Source: Spirogloea muscicola (Eukaryota). Taken from it: a stretch of 64,000 nucleotides of DNA. The DNA lies in contig WELB01000030.1 of NCBI GenBank assembly GCA_009602725.1, positions 280,835-344,834 on the forward strand, in the 5' to 3' direction. The notes under the pieces are model-generated. The model searched no databases. It was not told where the DNA came from and saw only the letters and a list, made by a program, of their open reading frames with translations. Every line of letters begins with the position of its first letter. Within the stretch, counting starts at the first letter, position 1. Positions 11,725-22,715 of this stretch are shown here, piece by piece. A program made the position numbers and the translations under genes.

Positions 11725-14700
11725 CTAAGCTGCTCGGAAAATCAACCCAAGCGGGCAGTGATCGCTCCCTGGAAAGTCAGGGATGGTGTACGAGTCTAGG
11801 ACTCGGTCGTACAAATGCTCAGAAACGAGGAAGTAGTCCAGCCTCCATCCTGCAAAGCAGGAAACAGGTTGCTTATCAGATTTTTTGCAGCTCACTACAT
11901 TCATTGAGGAAGCTTGCAGCCCACAACTGCTCGAATTCGGTGGAGGTACAGAGCAGATTTCAAATAGAGCAGTTGAGCACAAACATTACATTGACGTGGC
12001 CACTTCCCAACCTTGGTTCTTGGGCCTGGTCTTCATGCGGTAACCCCAGTACGTGTATGCAACCTTCTTGGGGTGCTGCCTCCTAAAGGTATCCACAAAC
12101 CCATTCTGCAGGTAGTGCTTTGCAAAGCTCTCCCGCTCTTCAACTGTAAAACCTGCACTTCTCTTGTTACCCTGCAGATAGGAAGAGGGCATCAACCCCA
12201 CAACTTTATGTAGCATGAATATAGGAGGGCAGTGGCGTTCTACTCAATAGTTTGAGGTGCTAAGTACAATTTGACTGGCAATACAAGCCAGCAAACAACA
12301 ATCTCGGCCTTCAGCTTGTGAACAAACTGACATAAGACGGTCAATGCTTCTAAATGAGGTGAGGTCATGCCTGTGCTTCTTGGGAACTGTAGGCATGCTA
12401 GTTGCAGATTTTAAGACAGTTTGCACTGGACCAATGACAACAGTTGACTGTGCCCACCATGGGGTTGTAGATAACAATTTCCTCATAGGCGCAGTTGAGA
12501 TCACCAGTCAAGATCACAGGCTTCGTCTGCTCCAGCATCTGCAGAAGGCGGCTAGCTACTGCATTCAATGACCTCACACCAGCGATACTGCCTATCAGGG
12601 AAGGTACTAGCTGTAAGTGACTTAGTGAAAACTCCTGCCATATAGTGAGCAATAGCCAGATGTGGTTCTGCTAGTGTCCCAGGAGCAGAGTGCTTGCTGC
12701 AGGGCCCTCAGCACAGGCTGTTTTGATTGGCTCCCTGAAAAAGCATTGAGTGTAGTGACGAATTGCCAGTACACGGTATGGCATTTGATCCGAGTCAGTA
12801 TTACATACTTACCTTCAGGTACGCTGAGAGAGAGCAATCCCACTGATGCTGCCGGTAGTCCTGCGCCACAATTCAATGAAAAGAATAAGCCAGGACTTTG
12901 TGGACTCAAATATATTAGTCTTCAAGCAGCCTGATTTCCAGAAAGCGGGAACCAAATGCAACAAGTCATGGCAGCTGCTACTGGCAAACCTTGCACCACT
13001 TCCATGAGGGCTCAAAGCATGAAAGTACCAAGCGGACAAGCTGGTCCCCAGAGTTGGGGACGTAACAGACCACAACATAGTGGCCCTCGTATTCAGCAGT
13101 AATGAGCCTGCCTTCCTTGTCGTGGTCATCTATGCCCATCCCACACCTCACTGAGATGGGCTCTTCCTGCAAGTCGCACGATGCAGGCTTGTCAGAGTGA
13201 CTGCACGTCCTCCGTAAGTCAGTACTTCACTCTTTCAGACGCCCGATGGGCATAGGGACATCGGATCAAGATCAGAATAAATGATCCACTATGCTTTCTT
13301 CGAAGATTGTGAGAGGCTGATGCAATAATGATGCAGGACAAAGTTGAAATCAGGCAGATAATTTACCTTTGACAGCAGCGCGGTGCCGGAGTACCCGAGC
13401 CTTGCGTTGCTGCAGTTCCAGTAGGTGCTCTTGTAGCTCAATGGCACCTGGCTCCTGACTTTGTCCACGTCCTTGTCCTGATATTCAAGGACAAGCGTCA
13501 TGGATGCTGTGAGCATTCCTCTTGCCTATTGACACGCTTCAGAATGCTTCATGTGCCCTCTGTTTCCCGGTTTCGCACACAAATTTGGCAAATTTGCACA
13601 AACCATGCTATGTGACTGGTTGTATGCAACAAGCGGTCCATTGACACGACCAGGACAAGTGACCAGAATGTCCTGACCTTGTCATACATGCACATGCTAA
13701 TTTGTACAATAACCCTGAGACCTACGGCTTTTCTCCAAATTCCTGCTGCTATGTGGCAAGTGTCCAGCAGCCAAAACCTCGTCGACTGTGCTGCTGTTCA
13801 CGCATAACAACCTGCAGCTTTGTCTCCTGAAGGCAGATGACGTCAGGGTCCTCCCGCAGCACGAGTTCTTCCAGCAGACGCGCCTGCTCGTCTCCGTCGC
13901 CACCCTCAGACACCGCCCGCATCACAGCGCGGAGGCCATTGACGTTCCACGACACAACCTTCACCAGACCGTGCCGCTCGTCTGGCAGCAGAGGCCGCAT
14001 GGTTGCTGGATTGTAGGCCACCCAGTCTTCTGCGGGCCTCCTGAAACAAAGGCAGTAATAAGCTCAAGTATAGGTTTGCAGCGATGATCTAGATTGATTT
14101 AGGTGTCAGGAAATAGTTTTCTACTTCCTTTGTCCTTATCAAACTCGGAATCCAGTGCTCAAAGTGAAGGATGTGAACCATATGCCTTCAATGAACATGC
14201 CAACTAAGCCATATACTTGACAATGCGCATACAGAGGAAGACCACGTGACAAATACGGACTTGTGCACAAGCCTAGTCCAGGGCTCGGTGCTGGCCGCCT
14301 CCGCAGCCACCTGAGCGGTTTGAGCTGCTCCTGCCGAGTCCACAACATTGCTGGGCAAGCGAGGCTCCACGGCGGGCTTTGGCACCTGCTTGACTTGCCG
14401 CCGCTTCTTGGCTGGAGCAGGCACCCCGGGCTCGGCTTCCACCACAGTGCTCGTCGCTTGAGCACCAGCCTTTTTCCTGCCGGAAGACCGCGGCGCCCGC
14501 GCTGTCGCAGTTACCTCCACCTTGGCACGTGTCTTCGAAGCTGGCATACCATGGTGCAGCTTGGTTGCGGGGGCGGTCTCCTCGATGGGTTCGTTGAGCA
14601 CCAGCGCCGATTTCCTGCCCCGCTGCCGCACCTGTACCTCGACCGATCTCAGCTTTCCTTCCACGGGCTTCTCGGGTTCCGATGCATGGCGGGCTGCAGG

Positions 14701-15502
14701 CTGGCCTCGCCGCCGCGCCGCGACGGGCTTCCCTTGTTTGCCGCCGTCGCCATTTGCGGCCAGCGATCCATCTGCAGCCGGCAGCTCAGCCTCCTCCTTG
14801 GAGCTGCCCGTCCCCTTGTCGCCACCATTACTCTGTACGCGGAGGCTGGCCCGCGTGATCCTTCTAGCGCTGCGCACCAGCAGCATCTGCCCCCACCCTC
14901 ATGACGCGCATGAGAACCGAGCTTCACTGGCGAGCCACACAGAGCAGGCATGCGTGCTTAAGAGCAGCAAACGAAGCAATGCGCCGGGGACAGCAATGGA
15001 AGGACAAGCTCCTTCGCCTATGTTCAGGAGGGCGGCGTTCTGGGTCACAGTATCAAGGGCCCGAGGTTGAGGGTCAGAGGACAACAGGCTACTCTTGAGA
15101 CGCTCATAGGATACTGTCTCAGAATTCCAGTGACCCTCAAGCGTCATCGCAGGCCTGGCACTCGTGCTGCAATAGTAAAGGCTGCATCGTTGAACCACTC
15201 ACCGTCATGGGCAGCTTCGCAGCTGTGCGACGAGTCCCTGCATCCCCACGCTGTCTCCAGCACACCGGCACCGCCGGAGCGGCAGTGGTGTCCGGATGCG
15301 CGGAGGAGCCCACGATCCACCAAGACGCCCAGCGAGCTGCCCCAAAGCGAGTGCCAGAGCTCGATGGCGAGAAGGGGCAGGCCGTCGTGGGCCCTTCTTT
15401 GCGGAGCCCGCGCGCCAGCAGCAGCGGTGTGGCGACGGCGGCGGCGCGGGCTCTCAGCTCGGCGGCTGCGGGGGAGGCCCTGGAGAGGGACGCCAAGAGC
15501 AT
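11725..15502 (-). CDS. ARP: ExoIII/APE-family AP endonuclease (ARP-like), probably organelle-targeted, multi-exon
   Basis: Motifs [114 protein letters not shown] and GSDHCPLGL. The tentative start (ATG 15502, [19 protein letters not shown]...) resembles a transit peptide. The 5' exon structure is uncertain. Confidence 0.9.
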
Positions 15503-16381
15503 GGGGCTCAGGCTGCTCAGTTGCGCCACGCCTCGCCACAGTGGGCCGCCACGACGGGGCTCGCCGCGGGCTCAGTGCTTGGCAGCCGCCATCTGGGACG
15601 AGCCAGACCCCGAGGACCAGCCGCCACAGTGGAGCTCCCGGCTGCGTCGCTCGAAAGCCTCGATCGCTAGCTGGGTCCCCACGTTGGTTGCGGCGCGGGA
15701 GAGCCCAATTGGCGACGCCGAAGCGTCGTCGGGGAGCTGGAGGCCGAGGAAGACGGCTGGCGCGAGGGACTCTCCCCACCAGCCCCAGCACCGCCGCCGC
15801 GGCGGTCCTGGCAACGTGGCTGCGTCGGGCCGGCGTTGGCGGTGCCGGCTCTGCCGCGGCGGCTGGAAGCGGAGGGGAAGGGAAGGGCGCCCAGACGGAA
15901 TGGCGAATTGTAAAGGATCGCTGGACGCGGCGTAAGATGCGGCGCGTAACGCGGCGTCGAGTGCGGCGTGGAAGGCGGCGGGAAACGCGGCGGCGGCGCG
16001 GGAGTTGGAGCTGGCCGCGTGGCGAGCAGCCCGGGTGCGGGGGAGACGGAGGGCTAGGAGACAAAATCCTCTGCGGGGCCCGGGCACGAGGTGAGCCGGC
16101 GTGTACCCGGGCGCGACGACGTTTCCCAACCGGGGGCTGCCCGCGAAAGCGGGGCGGCAGCGCGGCCGGGCGGCAAGACCCGCAGAGGACGCGGGGTTGC
16201 CACGTGGCGCGCGGCTGGGCCAAGGCGCGCCGCCACGCGCCGGGCCGTGGAGCGGCGCACGTGCGAGAGGCGCCCCCAACGGCCCGACAGGGGAGTGGTT
16301 CCAGCCAGCCCGGCCGCACTGCTTCCCCCTTCGCCGCGGTTTCTCTGCCGGCGGCGGCTCGCGGCGGCGGGCGCGGGCGCC

Positions 16382-17959
16382 ATGGCCAAGGGCGGCGACG
16401 GCGGCGGGATGCGCGGTGGCGGCGACGCCGGCGGCAACGGGCCGTCGGTGGTGATCGGCATCGGGCGGCGGGGCGGGCGGGCGATCATGCCGGACTTCCT
16501 GCAGAGCGTGAACCTGAAGCACGTGAAGCTGGGGTACCACATCCTGGTGTCCCACGCCGTCACGCTGTGCCTCCTGCCGCTGGTGCTCAGCGCCGGCGCG
16601 GAGCTGGCGCGCATGGGCCCCGTCAGGCTCGCCCGCCTCAGCGACGCGCTGCGCTACAACTTCGCGTCCACGCTCGTCTGCCTAGCTGCGCTGGTCTTCG
16701 GCGCGACGGTGTGGGCGCTGGCGCGGCCGCGGCCCGTGTACCTCGTCGACCACTCGTGCTACCGCCCCGACGACGAGCTGCGGTCCCCCGCGTCCATGTT
16801 CAAGGCCCACAGCGCGGCGTCGGGGTTCTTCGACGAGACGAGCCTGGAGTTCCAGGCCAAGATCCTGGAGCGCAGCGGGCTGGGCGACGGCACGTACCTG
16901 CCCGCCGGCGTGCGCGCCATCCCGCCGGACCCCTGCATGGCCAATGCCCGCGCCGAGGCCGAGGCCGTGATGTTCGGCGCCATCGACGACCTCCTGGCGC
17001 GCACCGCCGTGAGCCCCAAGGACGTGGGCATCGTCGTCGTCAACTGCTCGCTCTTCAACCCCACGCCCTCGCTGTCTGCCATGGTCGTCAACCGCTACTC
17101 CATGCGCGGCTCCACGCGCACCTACAACCTCGGCGGCATGGGCTGCTCCGCCGGCGTCATCGCCGTCGACCTCGCCCGCGACCTCCTCCAGGTCCACGGC
17201 GGCACGTACGCGCTCGTCGTGTCCACCGAGAACATCACCCAGAACTGGTACTTCGGCAATCGCCGCGCCATGCTCATCCCCAACTGCCTCTTCCGCATGG
17301 GCGGCGCCGCGGTGCTGCTCTCGAACCGCCGCGCCGACTCCCGGCGCGCCAAGTACGAGCTCGTGCACACGGTGCGCACGCACAAGGGCGCGGACGACAA
17401 GTGCTACCAGGTGGTGTACCAGGAGCAGGACGAGAGCGGCCAGATGGGCGTGCGGCTCTCCAAGGACCTCATGGCCATCGCGGGCGACGCGCTCAAGACC
17501 AACATCACGACGCTCGGCCCGCTGGTGCTCCCGCTGTCGGAGCAGCTCCTCTTCTTTGCCGTGCTCGTCGCGCGCCGCGTGCTGCGCCTTAAGGGCATCA
17601 AGCCGTACATCCCCGACTTCAAGCTCGCGTTCGAGCATTTCTGCATCCACGCCGGCGGGCGCGCAGTGCTCGACGAGCTCGAGAAGAACCTGCAGCTCAC
17701 ACCGGCGCACGTCGAGCCGTCGCGCATGACGCTCTACCGCTGGGGCAACACCTCCTCCTCCTCCATCTGGTACGAGCTCGCGTACTTGGAGGCCAGGGGA
17801 CGCGTGCGCCGTGGCGACCGCGTCTGGCAGATTGCCTTTGGCTCGGGGTTCAAGTGTAACAGCGCTGTCTGGCGCGCCCGCCGCACCATCAAGCCCGAGA
17901 CACGCTGGCCCTGGCTCGACGACATTGACAAGCTTCCAGTCAAACTCCCTGAATTCTAG
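16382..17959 (+). CDS. KCS: 3-ketoacyl-CoA synthase (very-long-chain fatty acid elongase condensing enzyme), single exon
   Basis: Uninterrupted ORF with PDFLQSVNLKHVKLGYH, two TM helices, RPRPVYLVD, NLGGMGCSAG (catalytic Cys), FEHFCIHAGGRAV (His), GNTSSSSIWYELAY (Asn) and WQIAFGSGFKCNSAVW. Confidence 0.97.
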   Translation: MAKGGDGGGMRGGGDAGGNGPSVVIGIGRRGGRAIMPDFLQSVNLKHVKLGYHILVSHAVTLCLLPLVLSAGAELARMGPVRLARLSDALRYNFASTLVCLAALVFGATVWALARPRPVYLVDHSCYRPDDELRSPASMFKAHSAASGFFDETSLEFQAKILERSGLGDGTYLPAGVRAIPPDPCMANARAEAEAVMFGAIDDLLARTAVSPKDVGIVVVNCSLFNPTPSLSAMVVNRYSMRGSTRTYNLGGMGCSAGVIAVDLARDLLQVHGGTYALVVSTENITQNWYFGNRRAMLIPNCLFRMGGAAVLLSNRRADSRRAKYELVHTVRTHKGADDKCYQVVYQEQDESGQMGVRLSKDLMAIAGDALKTNITTLGPLVLPLSEQLLFFAVLVARRVLRLKGIKPYIPDFKLAFEHFCIHAGGRAVLDELEKNLQLTPAHVEPSRMTLYRWGNTSSSSIWYELAYLEARGRVRRGDRVWQIAFGSGFKCNSAVWRARRTIKPETRWPWLDDIDKLPVKLPEF

Positions 17960-20900
17960 GCCTCGGTAAGTCACCATGGCTTATCTCTTACGGTGTACAC
18001 TTCAGTGCAGCTACAGGTGTAAAAGAACGGACAGTCACATGAAGAGCCAACTTGTGTTTGTTGCAAAGCAGCAAGAGTAGTTGCTATGACCTCTATGCTG
18101 TACCAGAAGGCCTGGGCCCGTGAACGCATTTGCAGATACCAATATGTCTCAATAATGGCTGACTTTGGCATTCAGCAGCACTAAGCAATGTTCTGAATGG
18201 AAAGTTCGGATTCCCTTGTCCTCACCGCTTGTTATCTCCTGCTGGTGCTGCTTCTTATTGCCAGGGGTTGCAGCTTTTGGAAGCTCCCAATTGATTGCTG
18301 CAGCATACTGCAGCCAGCCGACACGCTGCCAAGGAAGACAGCGTGGGCTTTTGGACGGCATTCGGTGGACTCCCCCGTCGAAGTGACGGGTAGCCCTCCG
18401 GCGCCCAATGATGCCTCAGGCAGAGCATTCAAGCTCTAACTAGGGCCAAGGCTGAGCTGTCCTGAGCTGGATATCGACGAGGGCATCCTTCGAGCGCTGT
18501 TGTCTGCATGGAGAGTGCCGGGGAGACCCACAACCGCCCTAAGGGTAGGCCTCGTCAGATGCTGCGCCTACAAAGAGAGGACGCCATGAATAATGAGGCA
18601 GCCCAAGCTGGCTCTGGAGGTCATGTGAGCTGAGACTCTAGCTTAAATTGCGCCAGATTCATCCCTTCCAACATGCTCATGTGCAGAATGTGGCACATGG
18701 CAATTTATTGCATCAGACCTCAAATTTGCAAGCGATGAATTGTCATACCGCAAGCTGCTCTGTGTGCCCCTGCCTGTTATTGGTAGAAGGTGGTGCAATC
18801 TGGACTTTGGCAAGTCTTGCTTATTACTCTGTTTGGGCAAGATCTGGTCACAGGTAAGAGTCCTGGACGTGCTGAGCCTCTAATTGGTCAACTCTTGCCT
18901 AGCTCTTGCCTAGCTTATGCCTAAGTTGCAGCATGCAACCAAACACCCCATCTACTTTCTCCGATGTCTCCCCGAGGCATATTGAATCTCTTGACATTCA
19001 TCTGCCTTCAGGCATGTCTTAAGTGTAAAGTGCTCCTGTTGGGATCCTTTTTGATTTTCTGGCTGAAAGTCAGTGACAGTAGTCCTCCTGCACTTACAGC
19101 CAACAAGGTTACAAGGTCATGCAAAGTGTAGTTGCACTTCAGGTGCTGGCTTGCAACATGATGATCCTGATCAGAACCATGTCCTCGTCGATGATGACAA
19201 TGTTGCAATTCGACCCTTAGTTTCAAAAGAAGAGGCTAGGAATCAGCAATTTGATGATCGCTTGAGCACCCTAAGCACATACTACGAAAACAATGTCATG
19301 ACTGCGTATCTCCAGTGTTTCACGTGATTGTAGAATGTGCACACATGCAAGATGCACTGTGCAGGATTGGGTAGCAAGTCTTCGCCTGCAGCTTTCAGAT
19401 ATACATCTTGTGCATATTTCTGTCCTTTCCTGCTGGGTTCAACATGAAGACATTGTATGTAAGGTTTACAGCTTGTCCACCAGGAGACAAAGGCAGAGCA
19501 GCCTTCAAGTTGTGGCGGCCTTGTGTCACATGGACAGATTGATTCCGAACTGAGAAGACTTTTGACGAGATTATGCAGAGATTGGAGCCGATTATATTGC
19601 ACACACAGTACATCAATGTACCACCAGATATGAAAGTAGCACAAGATGTTAAGGACATCCATATGCAAATTGTCTGTCACGGAAAAGTTTGTAGATGTTG
19701 TGGAATCATCGATGAAGTACAAGTCCAGTGGCGGATGCGAAAGGGCTCGGTAAGACCACCTTTTCTTCAGTAAGCAAGTCCACCTTGGTGGGAGTGGTGC
19801 AGGGCCAGAGAACAACTCCAGGTTGTCTGCTTCTCTAGGCAGTAAGCAGCCACAGGCCTGTGGCGTTCCCAATATGAAGCTGCAGCAACAACCTCCCACT
19901 GGCTCATTCATGTGCTGCAGATACCTAGATAAGGACGCAGAAAGCATTCAACACAATACAGTTTCGGATGTAGCACAACGCAGATGCACAACCTGGGTCA
20001 GTGATGGCAAGGCCAGGGCGCGGAAATGCAGCCAGGCTGAGCACAGCGGCCTTCCAGGCCAGGACCATGGCCTGGAGGACGATGCCGCCGGCCAGCTACC
20101 TGGCACGTACAGCTGAGATTTTGCAGCGCAGCATATGGCAGACGTGCGGCGCGATGACATGAGTGCCAAGCTGGAGGACATGGTGGGCACCGTTGGCAAG
20201 ACTGCAGCATGTGACCATGGGCGTGGACGAGCACGCGGGAGAGATAAGCCGTGGCCACCAATCAGCGCCGACAGTGCGACGAACCATTTAGCCATGGCGG
20301 CCCATGCCAGGCGGTTGGCTGCGTCCATGACGCGTTGGCGACCACCCATAATTGCTGCCACCACGAGGCCTGTGACGCCTGTCAAGGAGGGTGCCGGAGG
20401 CCGCCCGGATGGTGCCCATCAAGTAGGCTCGCTCTGGCTGCCACGGCGCTGGTGACCTCTTCCAGGCAAGTGATGCATGCCACAAGGAGGGCGTACTGAG
20501 CGTGGCAAAGGTGGCCTGCCGGCAGGCCCAGCATTGCTCCGCAACAGAAGCTCGCCTCCCACCCTCCTCCTCCTGTCTCCTCTGCCTCTGCCACCATCTT
20601 TGCAATGCTGAGCTTGCTTGGCTACAAGGAGGGTCACTGCCGACAACGTAGACCATGCCACGACCAGCGCCGCTCTCGCAGCATGCCAACGTGCTGCCTG
20701 GCGGCTGGCAGGCCAAGGAACGACGGCCCTGGCGGTCCACATGATCATCCCCACAGCGCTGCCCAGCCGCGGGCTGCTGGCGGCCACCTTGCCCGGCAGG
20801 AGGTCCTCGTCAAGCGAGGAACTGAGCCGCTGCTGCAGAGCCATTGGCGGGCGCATCCGTTGCCACTGGCCATCACGTCTTGCAGGCGGTGGCAGCCTTG

Positions 20901-21224
20901 TCGGTCGGCATTGGGGCCGGCCTTTTGCGCCGCACCGCCTGACGCTGCAGGGGCTCGTTGAGAAGAGCGCGCCCGCGGGGGATGGCTGAGAACGGCATGG
21001 CAAGGCGTGGCAAGGCTTGGCGAGGCTCACGGCAGCTCCCGGGGGGGGAGGCAGGGAGCGGCTTGGGAAGGCATGCCCGTCCCGCACATGGCTTGCAATG
21101 GCTTGCCGAGGCTGGGCTGCTGCCGGGCCGGTGCTGGACCGGCCCGGAATGGCATGCCCGCATACGGCCCGGGCAAGGCTTGGCGAGGCTGTTGGACCGG
21201 ATACGGCCAGCCTGAAGCAGCTGG

Positions 21225-21570
21225 GAGAGAAGGCGCGCGGAGCGCATGAACTGAAAAGGAGGCCAATCCAAGCCGATACATTGTTCAAGCAGAATTTAGT
21301 GCAAAAGAAACAAGGCTACATGAAGCGGAAGCCCTAAGCTAAGGTGTCTAAGGTAAACAGAGAGCAGGAGAACAGCTCTTCCGCAGTGGCTGTGAGAGGC
21401 CAGCCCAAAGGGATGTACAAAGGAAGTGCTCGCCCGTAGAAGGTAGGGAATGTACAAGGTCTGAGAGGGCCGGATGGCGCAGATAGCAGGACATTAGTCT
21501 CCAGGACTAGTCTTCGAAGAATGAAACGAGGCTTCCAGGAGAGGGCGGTGCTGTGAGGCCAGCCCAGATG
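21225..21570 (-). mobile_element. Cluster of retroelement 3' termini in minus orientation (one type B end, two hairpin-type ends)
   Basis: 21225-21357 is homologous to 47804-47935. Reverse-complement hairpins GGCTGTGAGAGGCCAGCCC at ~21388 and GCTGTGAGGCCAGCCC at ~21550. Confidence 0.7.
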
Positions 21571-22715
21571 TCCTGGCGGTGACTTTACTGTGTCGGTGGC
21601 GTAGTAGCTGTCCCCACAAAGGGCGCAGCCACAGCACTTACAGAGAGCCGGCGAGGCCCGCAGCGACGAGCTGCGGCGACGGGCTGAGCAGCAGGCGCCA
21701 GCAGCAGAGCTGTGGCGGCGGCTGCGGCAGCAGGCGGCAGCAGGGCTGTGCCTCTCTCTGAGCGTCACTGGTCTGCCACTCCTCCCCGGAGGCTGTGACG
21801 AGGTAGCCCAAAGGTCTGAAGGTTGGGAATACGTATCGGTGCGCGACACGACGTGGCGCTTCAGCTGTACAACTGCCGGAGACACGAAGCGGCGCCTCCT
21901 GGGCGGTGCAAGCGCGGTACGAAGCCCGGGGCCTCGGACCGTACTTATTAGCCACACATGCAGTGGGGCACGCTTACCGGTGCCGTTTGGGATTGCCAAG
22001 CGGCAGCTCCGATAGGATCATGTAAGGTTACCGGCACTGTTGGCACTCCCAAACGGAGGGAACGTTACAGCCCCCATTCCGGAGAGCCGTGGCTTCTCTG
22101 CAAAGAGGCTGCTGGCTTGGCTTGGCTTCCAAAGAGAGCTTTTGTTCGACCGACGCACCGAAGGAACAGTCGTCAGCCATGTACAAGCAAGCCATAATGT
22201 CAACCACTTGCTTCGCTTGTCCGAGTTTTCATAAGTCGCTTGTGAAATTTGGCCGGACCTTTGTACTTTTGCTTGGGTGGCTGCAGGCCACGTTCAAGAA
22301 AGAGAGTTGAGCTCTACGTTGTGCTTTGGAGTGCACGATCACCTATCTACTAACATTTACAAGTAAATCAGGCTTGTACTGCTTGTTGAGGTGCCTGATA
22401 GGAAAGAGGCTCTTGCTCCTAGAACTAGGACTCGAAAGTGCACTTGGGGACTGCTAATCACCTAAGTTTATCGCAGCTGCTATGTTATAGCGCTCAGCTG
22501 CAACTTTTTGTCTACTGAACACACCAAGCACCACTTCAGTGCGGGTGGACTGATCAACTACTTCTACACTCGATGTCGCCTTCTCAGCAGGACTCCAACA
22601 TGGGGGGAGGGGGGGTGGAGTCTCTAAGCTACAATCTGAGAGGGAATGATTTAAGCACAAGTCTATTGAGGTCCATTTGGCAGCGTCTCTGCCTCTTGTC
22701 GGTCAGGGCCGGCCT

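Noticed and set aside
12813..12860. Suspected frameshift in an AP endonuclease exon at a CT run
   Set aside because: The exon is 48 nt and reads in frame as [16 protein letters not shown].
15067..17592. 841-aa ORF and long antisense ORFs overlapping KCS
   Set aside because: Arg/Gly/Ala-rich shadow frames caused by very high GC and codon bias.
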